From the NCBI GenBank assembly GCA_030602885.1, contig JAUVYV010000018.1, forward strand, positions 327 to 64,326: a stretch of DNA of 64,000 nucleotides, in the 5' to 3' direction. This DNA is from Phycisphaerales bacterium. Its GTDB lineage: Bacteria; Planctomycetota; Phycisphaerae; Sedimentisphaerales; Anaerobacaceae. The translations under genes and the position numbers were made by a program. The notes beneath the pieces were generated by a model. That model saw nothing but the letters and a program-made list of their open reading frames with translations. It was not told the origin of the DNA and made no database searches. How positions within the stretch are numbered: position 1 is the stretch's first letter; every line of letters starts with the position of its first letter. Of the stretch, positions 44,994 to 54,904 are shown one piece after another.

Positions 44994-45820
44994 TCTTCTA
45001 CCTCAATTTCCATCGTTACATTTCTTCCAGGTAAACCAACATCCAAAACAGTTGTTTCAGTTCTTACATAGCGCTTCTTCTCAGTTTCCAAAAGCCATTC
45101 ATTAAGAAAATTTTTGATATACTTCCGAAATTCTGTGATTTCTTCAAACTTTCCGAAAAAAACTATTTTCTCCTCTTTAAGCCGCTCTTTGAATTGTTTA
45201 ACCTTATCGAGTTGTTCGTCAGGTTTTTCCCATCTATCCTCGTTAACTTTTTTGAAATAAACACCTATCTTACACATTCGAAACTTCTTGCTTTTCAGAT
45301 GTTCTTTCAGAAGGGCCTCAGCTATATAAAATTCCTCCTCACTCCCAGAGGAGAACGGCCAGTCGTCGTCATTACTTGGTAGAGAACCCCATCTATCATA
45401 TAATATCAATATGTAACTATCGCACCTAATAAGATGTTTATTGATATATTCCTGTGGTCTACCATACGCTGAAGGAAAATCTCCATAAGCTACATGACGA
45501 AAATAAATGTCTAATTGCTTTGCATATCCCTCATTAATTTCAGTAATCTCATCACACATTGCTTTCCGCTCATCTTCTAATCCACTCGGTGATCCAATGA
45601 ATATTTTGAAAATCCTGTCATTTCTATCTCTTCCATCTGTTTTAACTAACCATGTTGGCTCTGGTATCTCTCCAATTTTCTTTTTCCATTTATTTTTCAG
45701 GATAAAATAAATTATTACCCCCAATATTATGAGTACTGCCACTATTAGAAGACTAAAAATAAAATTCTCCACTACGGTATTCTGTGAATTTATTTGTGCT
45801 TGTAAAATACTCATAAGCAA
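44990..45820 (-). CDS. Single-pass membrane protein with a cytoplasmic DUF4062-like (TIR-like / nucleoside 2-deoxyribosyltransferase-like) domain.
   Basis: The TM helix is NFIFSLLIVAVLIILGVIIYFIL, followed by KNKWKKK. IFIGSPSGLEDERKA...CDSYILILYDRWGS...SGSEEEFYIAEA...VYFKK parallels the DUF4062 pattern as I recall it (vFlSStf.DL..eR...sDvfvlilg.rYGs...SyTelEy..A). The start is TTG at 45820 or ATG at 45814. Confidence 0.65.
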   Translation of the reverse strand: MLMSILQAQINSQNTVVENFIFSLLIVAVLIILGVIIYFILKNKWKKKIGEIPEPTWLVKTDGRDRNDRIFKIFIGSPSGLEDERKAMCDEITEINEGYAKQLDIYFRHVAYGDFPSAYGRPQEYINKHLIRCDSYILILYDRWGSLPSNDDDWPFSSGSEEEFYIAEALLKEHLKSKKFRMCKIGVYFKKVNEDRWEKPDEQLDKVKQFKERLKEEKIVFFGKFEEITEFRKYIKNFLNEWLLETEKKRYVRTETTVLDVGLPGRNVTMEIEVEE

Positions 45821-46391
45821 GCTTCTAAACTTTTTTTAAAGCTACAAATTAACCGCAATCTCCTCCCACGCCAAACATTAACTTTAAAATCAAAAAACTC
45901 CGCACCACACCATCAACAAACCTCAATTTACCACAAATTCTTTCGTGAAGAATTTAGAACATCCTCAACTTTTCAAATATTCTCAATGAAGTTTCCGCTT
46001 CCTAAGTGTAATTTATAATTATATCTTATTCTAACATATCCGCAACCCAAAAAACCCGCGATTTAATTCTGTCCTCTGACTTCTGTCTTCTGACCTCTGC
46101 CTCTTTACTTTCTTTCGTGTCTTTTGGTCAATTTTGGCTAAGTGTAGCGCAATTTACGTCACTTTTCGTTCATTTTTGCTCATTTTTGCGCATTTTCACC
46201 CACTTTTGGCGCACTCTTGCCCCGCACGAAATAGGCCACTGCCGCAATTTGGTGCGGGGAAATGGTCGACCAAATGCGCAAGCCGGAGCTTGCCTGCCGT
46301 CCATTCGGCGGGCAAAGCGGAGGTCCTGAGCGAAGGCCCCAAGGGCCGAAGTCGAAGGAGCTGGCCCCCGAAAAGGCGAAATTCATACGAA

Positions 46392-46537
46392 CGGTTGAAA
46401 CGATCGTTTAGCGCAAATGCGCAAGGGTTTAAAACTTAAAATCCAAATTCCAATTTTTTTTTTACTCTTGTCTGCATAAGCACTTACGCAAATCGGCTGC
46501 GCCGAAAAGGGCGAATTTTCGCATCAAACGCGCAACT
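46392..46537. repeat. Dispersed ~145-bp repeat, copy 2, inverted relative to 9-153.
   Basis: See the feature at 9-153. The shared core includes cttgtctgcataagcacttacgcaaatcggctgcgccgaaaagggcgaattttcgc. Confidence 0.8.
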
Positions 46538-46898
46538 CGACGCTAATTACGGGGGGCGCTTTAACCCCTGATGAAGCGTATATACAGAAAGTGAATACAG
46601 TATCCTAAATTCGCTCGTCTCGGCGAAGGCCGAAGCCGTAGCCGGGGAGGCTTCAACAATGCCCACGCATTTACAAGATGTTACCTTTTATTTCTCAGCC
46701 CTTGAACTTTTTCAAAAATCAGTGTCAATCTGTGTAAATCTGTGTCTAAAAAACAAACCGCCTATCCTGCCCAACTTAACTTGCTGGCAATTTACAACCT
46801 TTTTATGCAAAACAAACCCAATGTCAAAATTATTAGACAACATTTAACTCTATGCGCAAAAAGGACTTACAGAAAATTTCTTGGAAAATGCCGCAAAA

Positions 46899-46956
46899 AA
46901 ACAAACCCAAACAAACCCAATTCAAACCCAAAACAAACCCAATTCAAACCCAATTT
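46899..46956. repeat. Short tandem repeat (caaaccc-type words).
   Basis: acaaacccaaacaaacccaattcaaacccaaaacaaacccaattcaaacccaattt. Confidence 0.8.
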
Positions 46957-47003
46957 CGGAGCGCAGTTTACCCGCCGCAGGAGAAAAATGCCGATTCTAA
47001 ATT

Positions 47004-50000
47004 CTAACTGCTATTCTCCTTTTTGTCTGTTGCCGGAGGCGCACATTGCAGCTTCGAGAGCTGCTCCATCAGAGCATACCGCTGTACGGCATCACTTGTG
47101 GCAAGCTTCATCAGTTGCTCTGCCACCTCGGGCTTTGACTGACGAAGTGTACGGTACCTGTTCTCACCATAGGCATACTCTTCGAACCCGAGCGTCGGCG
47201 CCTTCGAGTCAAGCTGCAGCGGATTCCTGCCCTGCTCTTTCAATCTCGGGTCGAATCTGTAGAGAGGCCAGTGCCCGCACGCAACCGCCTGCTTCTGGTG
47301 TTCATACCCGTTGACAAGGTTGTATCCGTGAGCAATACAATGTGAGTAGGCAATTATGAGCGACGGGCCGGGATAACCCTCGGCCTCTGCGAATGCCTTT
47401 ACCGTCTGATTGGTATTCGCGCCCATCGCGACCTTCGCCACGTATATGTTGCCGTATGTCATAACCAGAAGTCCCAGGTCCTTCTTTGGCGTGCCCTTGC
47501 CGCCTGCCGCAAATTTCGCCACAGCAGCCCTCGGCGTTGACTTCGACATCTGCCCGCCTGTATTCGAATAGACCTCTGTATCGAGTACAAGTATGTTAAC
47601 ATCCGCACCGCTCGCCAGCACGTGGTCAAGACCGCCGTAATCGATATCGTACGCCCAGCCGTCACCGCCAAGAGCCCAGACACTCTTGCGAACCAGGTAA
47701 TCTGCAACTTGCAGCAACTGCTTGCATTCGCCACAGTCGCTCTTTTCACACTGCCCTTTGAGCTTGGCGACCCGGGCTCTCTGCTCTTCAATCGCTTCCT
47801 GGACAGGGTCGTTCGCCACCGTCGCAGTCTGGATCTGTTCTGCAAGAGAACCATCCACACAACCTTTCGCAGCAACTTTGCCTAACAGCTCAAGCGCTAT
47901 CTGTTTGAATCTCTCAACCGCAAGACGCATACCCATTGCAAACTCGGCATTGTCCTCGAACAAGCTGTTGCTCCAAATCGGCCCCCTGCCGTCCTCTCGC
48001 TTCGTGTAAGGTGTCGTAGGCAGGTTGCCGCCGTAAATCGATGAGCAGCCCGTGGCGTTGCCAATCATCGCCCTGTCGCCAAACAGTTGGCTGAGCAGCT
48101 TGACATAAGCCGTCTCTCCACAGCCCGCACACGCGCCGGAGTACTCGAAGAGCGGCATTATCAACTGGCTGCCCTTGACGCTGTTGCGTTTGAACAGCTT
48201 CGCGTCGGTATTCGGAATCGACAGGAAATAATCATAGTTCTCGCGCTCCTGAGCTCGAAGCGGCTCCTGCAGTGACATATTGATTGCTTTTCGGCCGGTG
48301 GGCTGCTTGTTCTCATCCTTCTCCTGGGCGGGACATGCGAGCACACACGCACCACAGCCCGTGCAGTCCTCAGGTGCAACCTGAACCGTAAACTTCATAC
48401 CGGCAAAATCCTTGCCCCTGGCATCGGCGCTCTTGAACGTCTTCGGGGCCTTATCAAGATGCTTTCCGTCGTAGCCCTTTATCCTTATCGTCCCATGCGG
48501 ACAAACCAGAGAGCACGTCCCGCACTGAATACAGACATCCGGCTCCCATACCGGAATGTTGACGGCGACATTGCGCTTCTCGAATTTGGTTGTTCCCGTT
48601 GGCCACTTGCCGTCTGCAGGCATCTTGCTGACAGGCACCTTGTCGCCACGCAGCGCCATAAGCTCTGCGGTAACCTCTTTGGCAAAATCCGGCGCATCAG
48701 AAGGAACTGCCGACCGCATCTTTATCCTGCTCGTCACTCTGTCGGGAACCTTCACCTCAAAAACCTTGTCAAGTGCACCGTCAACAGCCGCATAATTCAT
48801 CTGAACGACCTTTTCTCCCTTCTTGCCGTAGGTCTTCTGAATCGCGTCCTTGATGGCCTTGACGGCCGTGTCAAGCGGGATGATGTTGCTGATTTTGAAG
48901 AACGCCATCTGCATAATCACGTTGATTCTCGCACCCAACCCGAGCTCCTGAGCAAGCGAAATCGCATCAATAACATAAAACTTCAGCTTCTTATCGATAA
49001 TCTGCCGCTGCACCTCCTGAGGCAAGGTATCCCATACCTCATCGGCACCGTGCATGCTTGTCAGAAGAAACGGGGCGCCCTCTTTTGCACAAGAGAGCAT
49101 ATCATACCTCTCTAAGAAGCTCGGATTGTGACAGGCCACGAAATCGGCCCTGCTAACGAGATAAGGCCGTCTGATGAGCTTGTCGCCGAACCTCAAGTGT
49201 GATATGGTAATGGCACCTGCCTTCCTGGAGTCATAAACAAAGTATGCCTGCACATAGTTGTCCGTCTGCTCGCCGATTATCTTAATCGAGTTTCTGTTCG
49301 CCCCGACCGTCCCATCTGAACCAAGACCATAAAACATCGCCGAGTAAAAACCCTCATCAGACACACCGAAGGACTCATCCACATCCAGACTTGTATCGGT
49401 CACATCGTCAATAATGCCCACAGTGAAGTGGTTCTTCGGCTCGGCGGCATCGAGATTGTCAAACACTGCCTTGACCATCGCGGGCGTAAATTCCTTCGAG
49501 CCAAGCCCGTATCTGCCGCCGACAATCACAGGGTACTTATCGAACGCCGCCTGCCCAGCCCCCATCGCCTCTCCTATCGACGTGCGAACATCCATATAGA
49601 GTGGCTCACCGAGTGAACCCGGCTCTTTGGTCCTGTCAAGTACCGCTATCTTTTTGACTGTCCTCGGAAGTGCACCAATAAAATGCTCGATACTGAATGG
49701 TCTGTACAGCCGGACCTTTACCAACCCTGCCTTTTCACCTTTGGATGCCAGATACTCAACTGTCTCATGAGCAGTATCAGCACCGGAACCCATCATGACG
49801 ATTATCTTCTCTGCATCGTCGGCCCCCACGTAGTCGAACAGGTGATAGCTGCGCCCGACTACCTTGGCGAACTTGTCCATCGTCTCCTGCACAATCTCCG
49901 GCGTCGCAAGATAATACTTATTCACCGTCTCTCTGCCCTGGAAATAAACATCCGGATTCTGTGCCGTACCGCTTATCATCGGCCTGTCAGGGCATAATGC

Positions 50001-50618
50001 CCGGGCCTTGACAGCGGCCACCAGCTCATCGTCTATCACGGCCCGCATATCATCTTTCGTCAGCTCCTCGATCTTCTGAACCTCGTGGCTGCTCCTGAAC
50101 CCATCGAAGAAATGCAGGAAAGGCACCCGCGAAGCCAAGGTCGACTGCTGGGCAATAAGGGCCAAATCCATAACCTCCTGAATGCTGCAAGAGCAAACCA
50201 TTGCAAAACCAATCTGCCGACACGCCATCACATCCGAATGGTCGCCGAATATCGAAAGTGCCTGACAGGCCAGTGACCGGGCCGATACGTGAAAGACCGT
50301 GGGCAAAAGCTCGCCGGCTATCTTGTACATATTCGGAATCATCAGCAGCAGACCCTGCGATGCCGTAAACGTCGTCGTAAGCGCACCGGTCGCCAGGGCG
50401 CCGTGTACTGCCCCCGAAGCACCGCCTTCAGACTGCATCTCCGTCACCGAAGGAACAGTGCCCCAGATGTTGGGCTCGCCATTGGCCGTCTTCGCGTCGG
50501 CCATCTCACCCATCGATGAGCTCGGCGTAATCGGATATATGGCAATAACTTCATTGGTGGCGTGAGCAACGTGAGCAACGGCCGTATTGCCGTCTATCGT
50601 GACCATCTTGCGACTCAT
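47004..50618 (-). CDS. nifJ: Pyruvate:ferredoxin (flavodoxin) oxidoreductase, single-polypeptide type.
   Basis: The 1204-aa ORF starts MVTIDGNTAVAHVAHATNEVIAIYPITPSS. It has an internal 2x[4Fe-4S] domain (CIQCGTCSLVCP, CTGCGACVLACP). The TPP-binding motif is GGDGWAYDIGYGGLDH-like. Confidence 0.95.
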   Translation of the reverse strand: MSRKMVTIDGNTAVAHVAHATNEVIAIYPITPSSSMGEMADAKTANGEPNIWGTVPSVTEMQSEGGASGAVHGALATGALTTTFTASQGLLLMIPNMYKIAGELLPTVFHVSARSLACQALSIFGDHSDVMACRQIGFAMVCSCSIQEVMDLALIAQQSTLASRVPFLHFFDGFRSSHEVQKIEELTKDDMRAVIDDELVAAVKARALCPDRPMISGTAQNPDVYFQGRETVNKYYLATPEIVQETMDKFAKVVGRSYHLFDYVGADDAEKIIVMMGSGADTAHETVEYLASKGEKAGLVKVRLYRPFSIEHFIGALPRTVKKIAVLDRTKEPGSLGEPLYMDVRTSIGEAMGAGQAAFDKYPVIVGGRYGLGSKEFTPAMVKAVFDNLDAAEPKNHFTVGIIDDVTDTSLDVDESFGVSDEGFYSAMFYGLGSDGTVGANRNSIKIIGEQTDNYVQAYFVYDSRKAGAITISHLRFGDKLIRRPYLVSRADFVACHNPSFLERYDMLSCAKEGAPFLLTSMHGADEVWDTLPQEVQRQIIDKKLKFYVIDAISLAQELGLGARINVIMQMAFFKISNIIPLDTAVKAIKDAIQKTYGKKGEKVVQMNYAAVDGALDKVFEVKVPDRVTSRIKMRSAVPSDAPDFAKEVTAELMALRGDKVPVSKMPADGKWPTGTTKFEKRNVAVNIPVWEPDVCIQCGTCSLVCPHGTIRIKGYDGKHLDKAPKTFKSADARGKDFAGMKFTVQVAPEDCTGCGACVLACPAQEKDENKQPTGRKAINMSLQEPLRAQERENYDYFLSIPNTDAKLFKRNSVKGSQLIMPLFEYSGACAGCGETAYVKLLSQLFGDRAMIGNATGCSSIYGGNLPTTPYTKREDGRGPIWSNSLFEDNAEFAMGMRLAVERFKQIALELLGKVAAKGCVDGSLAEQIQTATVANDPVQEAIEEQRARVAKLKGQCEKSDCGECKQLLQVADYLVRKSVWALGGDGWAYDIDYGGLDHVLASGADVNILVLDTEVYSNTGGQMSKSTPRAAVAKFAAGGKGTPKKDLGLLVMTYGNIYVAKVAMGANTNQTVKAFAEAEGYPGPSLIIAYSHCIAHGYNLVNGYEHQKQAVACGHWPLYRFDPRLKEQGRNPLQLDSKAPTLGFEEYAYGENRYRTLRQSKPEVAEQLMKLATSDAVQRYALMEQLSKLQCAPPATDKKENSS

Positions 50619-51361
50619 GATTCTTTGACCTCTCTTAAATTAAGGATTTACAAGTACTTACACCTTCAGCCGCCGCATCAACAGGCAAAAAACAAGCCCA
50701 TCTGCGACAAATACTACTTGCTCAAGGTTCCGGAAAACCCGTTGGGTGCACGCATTTGCGTCAAACTACGCGCGCCGTAAAACCCTTTCTTATACAATTC
50801 TTCTCCCTGCTGAGCAATGCAAATCTTTCCGAATAACCCCGAAAGACACCAGAGATGCTACTGGGACTTGACTATCGTCGCAAGCGGTTCCCACCCCCGA
50901 TTATCCAACCCCTGCCCCCCAACAGAATCGCAGACCATCCTCTGCGGTCAAATCGCGATACCGGCAGGCGCATTGGCTGACAATTCGCTCTTCACTATCC
51001 AAATCAACATAATCAACTCAAATTTGGGTATCCACGCCAATGGTCAAGTGCGCGCAAAAAAATAAGGAGTATCACACTGAGGTTCTCAGGAACACCCACA
51101 CCCAAAATGTTCCCAAGTGCCGCTCAGCCGATACTCCTCTGTATTGAAAAGGCTGCTATTCGCCCAAAAAAATGCCAAAGATCAAAGTCGCCCGCTGTAT
51201 CCGTTCCAAAACGCTACCTTAACTATACGACCAATTATACAGATTCTGCACAGCCAATAGTATCGGGATATCCCTGATTTTGCCTGATAAAATACCTGAT
51301 TCGGGCCTGCTCGCCGACGGAATCCGCCGCCACAATCCAGGAAAACGCCTTTTGGGGGCTG

Positions 51362-52015
51362 CTAAGTATCGAGCGAGGTAAGCCCCTTGCGAACTGCGTA
51401 TTTGGTCAGTTCGGCAATCGTGTGAATGTCCAGCTTGTTCATTATCTGCCGGCGATGTGTTTCAACCGTCTTGACGCTGATGTGCAGTTTCAAGGCGATC
51501 TGTTTGGTCGATTTGCCCTCGGCCATAAGCTGCAGCACCTCACGCTCCCTGTCGGTCAAAACCTCCGAGCTCGAAAAATGCGATTTCGAGAGTCGATGCA
51601 GATAGTCCTCCACGACTACCCCGGATATTGAAGGGCTAAGATACGTCTTGTCGTCCATAACCGCTCTTATCGCCCTGGTAAGCTCCTCGAAGGCACAGTC
51701 CTTGAGTAGATAGCCCGCGGCTCCGCTTCGCAGCATCTCCGTCACAAACAGTGAGTCCGAATGCATCGACAGGGCAATAACCTTAACGTCCGGATATTTC
51801 GTCGCTATCTGATGCGTCGCCTCGACTCCATTCAGGTCAGGCATTGTCACATCCATAATCACAACATCCGGCAGCAGCTCATCAACCAGCCGAAACGCAA
51901 TGCGACCATTTTCCGCTTCGGCCACCACTTCCATATCGTCTTGCTTTTCCAGCAGTGAACGCAGCCCCTGACGAGTTATCTTATGGTCATCTGCCAGCAA
52001 TATTCTTATGCTCAT
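51362..52015 (-). CDS. NarL/LuxR-family response regulator.
   Basis: The receiver domain shows ILLADDH...DVVIMDVTMPD. The LuxR HTH is LTDREREVLQLMAEGKSTKQIA. A 4-nt overlap links it to the kinase gene. Confidence 0.9.
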   Translation of the reverse strand: MSIRILLADDHKITRQGLRSLLEKQDDMEVVAEAENGRIAFRLVDELLPDVVIMDVTMPDLNGVEATHQIATKYPDVKVIALSMHSDSLFVTEMLRSGAAGYLLKDCAFEELTRAIRAVMDDKTYLSPSISGVVVEDYLHRLSKSHFSSSEVLTDREREVLQLMAEGKSTKQIALKLHISVKTVETHRRQIMNKLDIHTIAELTKYAVRKGLTSLDT

Positions 52016-54834
52016 CTCTTTTCTCCCTTCCGGCCCTTGCCCTCATTATCCAAAGGTACGATTAACGTCACTCGCGTACCCTTGCCCTGCTTCGACTCAA
52101 TGGTCACACGTCCGCCAATATGATCCAACCGCTCCCGTATATTGAACAGCCCAAAGCCCCCGCTTTGATAGTCACCACCGCCGATTTTCGACGCGTCGAA
52201 TCCTGCTCCGTCATCTTGCACCGTCACCCGTATCTTGTTGCCGACCCTTCGAGTCGAGACCTTCGCCTGCCTCGCGCTCGCGTGCTTGACGACATTGACC
52301 AGCAACTCTCGCACCGCCTGGAAGAGCAGCACCCGAATATCGTTATCAAGCGGCTTGTCTCGTCCGTCATCCTTGAAATCGACCGCCAGATCGTAGCGCT
52401 GCCTCGCCTGCCTCGTCAACCAGCCCACCGCCGCTTCAAAACCGAGTTCATACAGAACCGGCGGACTCATCTCAAACGTAAGAGCCCGGGTGCTCTCAAT
52501 AGTTTGCCCTATCAAATCACGAATCTCTTCAAGCGGGTGCCGCAGATCCGGCGATTCAACAGACTCGGCCAGCGATTCCAGCTTCATCTTGCTTATTGCC
52601 AGATTTTGACTGATGTTGTCATGCACATCCGTGGCTATTCGCCGCCTCAGTCGTTCCTCTGCCAAACTCAGCTCCGAAGCCAGAGACCGCAACTGCTCCT
52701 GATAAACCAGCAGTTTATCCTCCGCCTTCTTCCGCTCCGTGATATCTTCAACCGTGCCTTCGTAGTATAGCACGTTGCCTTTCTCATCTCTGATAGTAAC
52801 GGCGCTCTCGCAAATAAAAAGTTTTGTTCCATTACGCCTTATCCAAACGGACTCAAGACCAATCACCCGACCTCCTCTTTCTACATGCCGCTTGAACGCC
52901 GAACGCGGAGTGGATACGTCGATACCATGCTCCTCCAGATTTATCTTCGCCAGCTCCTCGAACGACCCATATCCGAGCATTTTTAGCAGCGCGGGGTTTG
53001 CCAGGAGTATCCGCCCGTCGGGAGTGGTACGATACAAACCGACTGCGGTGTTCTCAAATATGGTTCTGAACCGCTCCTCGGCCTTACGCAGCGCCTTCTC
53101 GGCACGCGTTCGCTCGGCAATTTCGTTCCTCAGTTCTTCGACTGCCGCCGCAAGGTCGGCCGTTCGCTGTTGCACCCTCGCCTCAAGCTCATCATGCGCC
53201 TTCTGCAGCGCCTCTTCAGCGAGCTTTCGCTCTGTCGTATCTGTGAAGAAACCTACATTGGACGACCTTCCGTCTATCGTCACATTCGTTGTATTAATAT
53301 CCGCATATATGATCGTTCCGTCCTTTCGCAGACAGGGAATATTCGCCACCAGAGTCTTCTCATTCCTCACCTGTGCTTCGAACTCGGACACAACATAATC
53401 CAGCTCTTCCTTCGGGTGAACGTCCAGCACGCCCATGTTGGTCAATTCTTCCTCTGTGTAGCCGAGCATCTCGCATATTGCCGGATTGGCATATCTGAAC
53501 TTCTTCGTCTCAACATCTGCCACCACAATCCCTTCTGCAGCAGCGTGGAACATCTCCTTGTATCTCTCTTCCGACTCAATCAATGCCTGCTCTGCCTTCT
53601 TGCGCTCCGTGATATTGCGGCTCACGCCGACAATGCCGATTATTTCCCCCTCACTATCAACCAGCGGAACCTTCATAGTCAAACCGCATACCCAATTCCC
53701 CTCCTTATCCGTATCGGATTCCTCGCAGTTGACCATCGGCTTTCCCGTTCGGAGCACCTGCCGTTCTTCTTCCTTGCACTGCTGAGCAATATCCGGCGGG
53801 TACAAATCAAAATCGGTCTTGCCGACTATATCTTCCGGATTTGCCATACCGTGAAACTTTGCAGTGGCCCTATTGCAAAGCACAAATTTGCTCTCCGTGT
53901 CTTTTACATAGATCTGGTCGGGTATGTTGTCTGTGAGCGTGCGAAGCATCCTCCGTTCCTTGTCCAGTGCCTCTTGCGCCCTCTTGCGATCTGTGATGTC
54001 ACGGTTGGCTCCCACTATTCCGATTATATTCCCGCTGCCATCCCTCCAGGGCAGCTTCGTATTCAGCGCCCATTCGGCCTCACGCACGCCGTTAACACCC
54101 GGCTTCTCCTCGTTAATAACCGGCCTGCCGGTTCTCATTATCTCCCGTTCTTCCTCAAAATAGGCCTGGGCCTTTTCTTGAGGATAAAGGTCGAAATCGC
54201 TTTTACCAATCAAATCATCGGGCGAAGCCGCTTCGGCATCATCCGCAACCGCCTTGTTGCAAATGACAAAACGTCCCTCTGCGTCCTTCACAAAAATTCG
54301 GTCCGGCAGACTATCTATCAACGTCCTCAGCAGATTTTTCTCCCTCGCCAGGGCTTCCTCGGCCTTTTTGCGCTCCGTCATGTCCACCGCAGTGGTACAA
54401 ATCAGCGATGGACTGCCGTCGGAGTCTCGGATAAGCCAGATATTCATCAACGTAGGAAACTCGGTCCCGTTTCTGTGCACATGCCACACTTCTTCGTTTT
54501 CTACGCCCTTACCAGTCTCAAAAACCCGCTTTTTGATTCGCCTGACTAAATCGAGTTGCGAATCCGAATGAAACATCTCCAAATTCTTCCCCATCAGCGC
54601 CTCCGACGCATAACCGTGCATCGCCGCGAAGCTCTCATTGGCATAGACAAGATTCCCCTCAAGGTCGGCCATGGCACAGCCGTAAGTCGCCAGGTCGGCC
54701 ATCTTCTTGAATCTATCGAGCTGCTCCTGCGCCTTCTCGTGTTGGGCCTCTATTTGCTCAAGCCGTCCGAGCCGGCTGCGCAAGTCACCAAGCTCCTCCA
54801 CGAGTTGCTCTCTGCTTTTTTCGCTATCACTCAT
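52012..54834 (-). CDS. Multi-PAS sensor histidine kinase (HisKA_3 / NarX-DegS type).
   Basis: About 5 PAS/PAC repeats each end in ...DITERKKAEEAL. The H-box is ATDVHDNISQNL. The HATPase motifs are VVKHA...DDGAGF...GGFGLFNIRERL. Confidence 0.9.
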   Translation of the reverse strand: MSDSEKSREQLVEELGDLRSRLGRLEQIEAQHEKAQEQLDRFKKMADLATYGCAMADLEGNLVYANESFAAMHGYASEALMGKNLEMFHSDSQLDLVRRIKKRVFETGKGVENEEVWHVHRNGTEFPTLMNIWLIRDSDGSPSLICTTAVDMTERKKAEEALAREKNLLRTLIDSLPDRIFVKDAEGRFVICNKAVADDAEAASPDDLIGKSDFDLYPQEKAQAYFEEEREIMRTGRPVINEEKPGVNGVREAEWALNTKLPWRDGSGNIIGIVGANRDITDRKRAQEALDKERRMLRTLTDNIPDQIYVKDTESKFVLCNRATAKFHGMANPEDIVGKTDFDLYPPDIAQQCKEEERQVLRTGKPMVNCEESDTDKEGNWVCGLTMKVPLVDSEGEIIGIVGVSRNITERKKAEQALIESEERYKEMFHAAAEGIVVADVETKKFRYANPAICEMLGYTEEELTNMGVLDVHPKEELDYVVSEFEAQVRNEKTLVANIPCLRKDGTIIYADINTTNVTIDGRSSNVGFFTDTTERKLAEEALQKAHDELEARVQQRTADLAAAVEELRNEIAERTRAEKALRKAEERFRTIFENTAVGLYRTTPDGRILLANPALLKMLGYGSFEELAKINLEEHGIDVSTPRSAFKRHVERGGRVIGLESVWIRRNGTKLFICESAVTIRDEKGNVLYYEGTVEDITERKKAEDKLLVYQEQLRSLASELSLAEERLRRRIATDVHDNISQNLAISKMKLESLAESVESPDLRHPLEEIRDLIGQTIESTRALTFEMSPPVLYELGFEAAVGWLTRQARQRYDLAVDFKDDGRDKPLDNDIRVLLFQAVRELLVNVVKHASARQAKVSTRRVGNKIRVTVQDDGAGFDASKIGGGDYQSGGFGLFNIRERLDHIGGRVTIESKQGKGTRVTLIVPLDNEGKGRKGEKR

Positions 54835-54904
54835 CCGCTACCCTGCCCGCTCAAATCGAAAATATTGTCCTGATTTGAAATATTCACCCCATCCGTGGAC
54901 CGCT

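Noticed and set aside
46117-46439. ORFs of 70-101 aa (46117-46329, 46134-46439, 46180-46386) in the tract right of the island.
   Set aside because: They are mutually overlapping frames inside repeat and hairpin-rich sequence. They have no RBS and low-complexity products.
9-46537. Inverted 145-bp repeats at 9-153 and 46392-46537, considered as the ends of a 46-kb composite mobile element.
   Set aside because: The interval contains many core housekeeping genes (gyrA, holA, miaB, rpiB, the sigma factor and the etf genes) with host-like composition. No transposase or integrase lies at either end. The repeats are more plausibly members of a dispersed family.
50817-51065. An 82-aa ORF in the 740-nt region upstream of nifJ.
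   Set aside because: It has no RBS, no family resemblance and atypical composition. The region is more likely the nifJ 5' regulatory or untranslated region.
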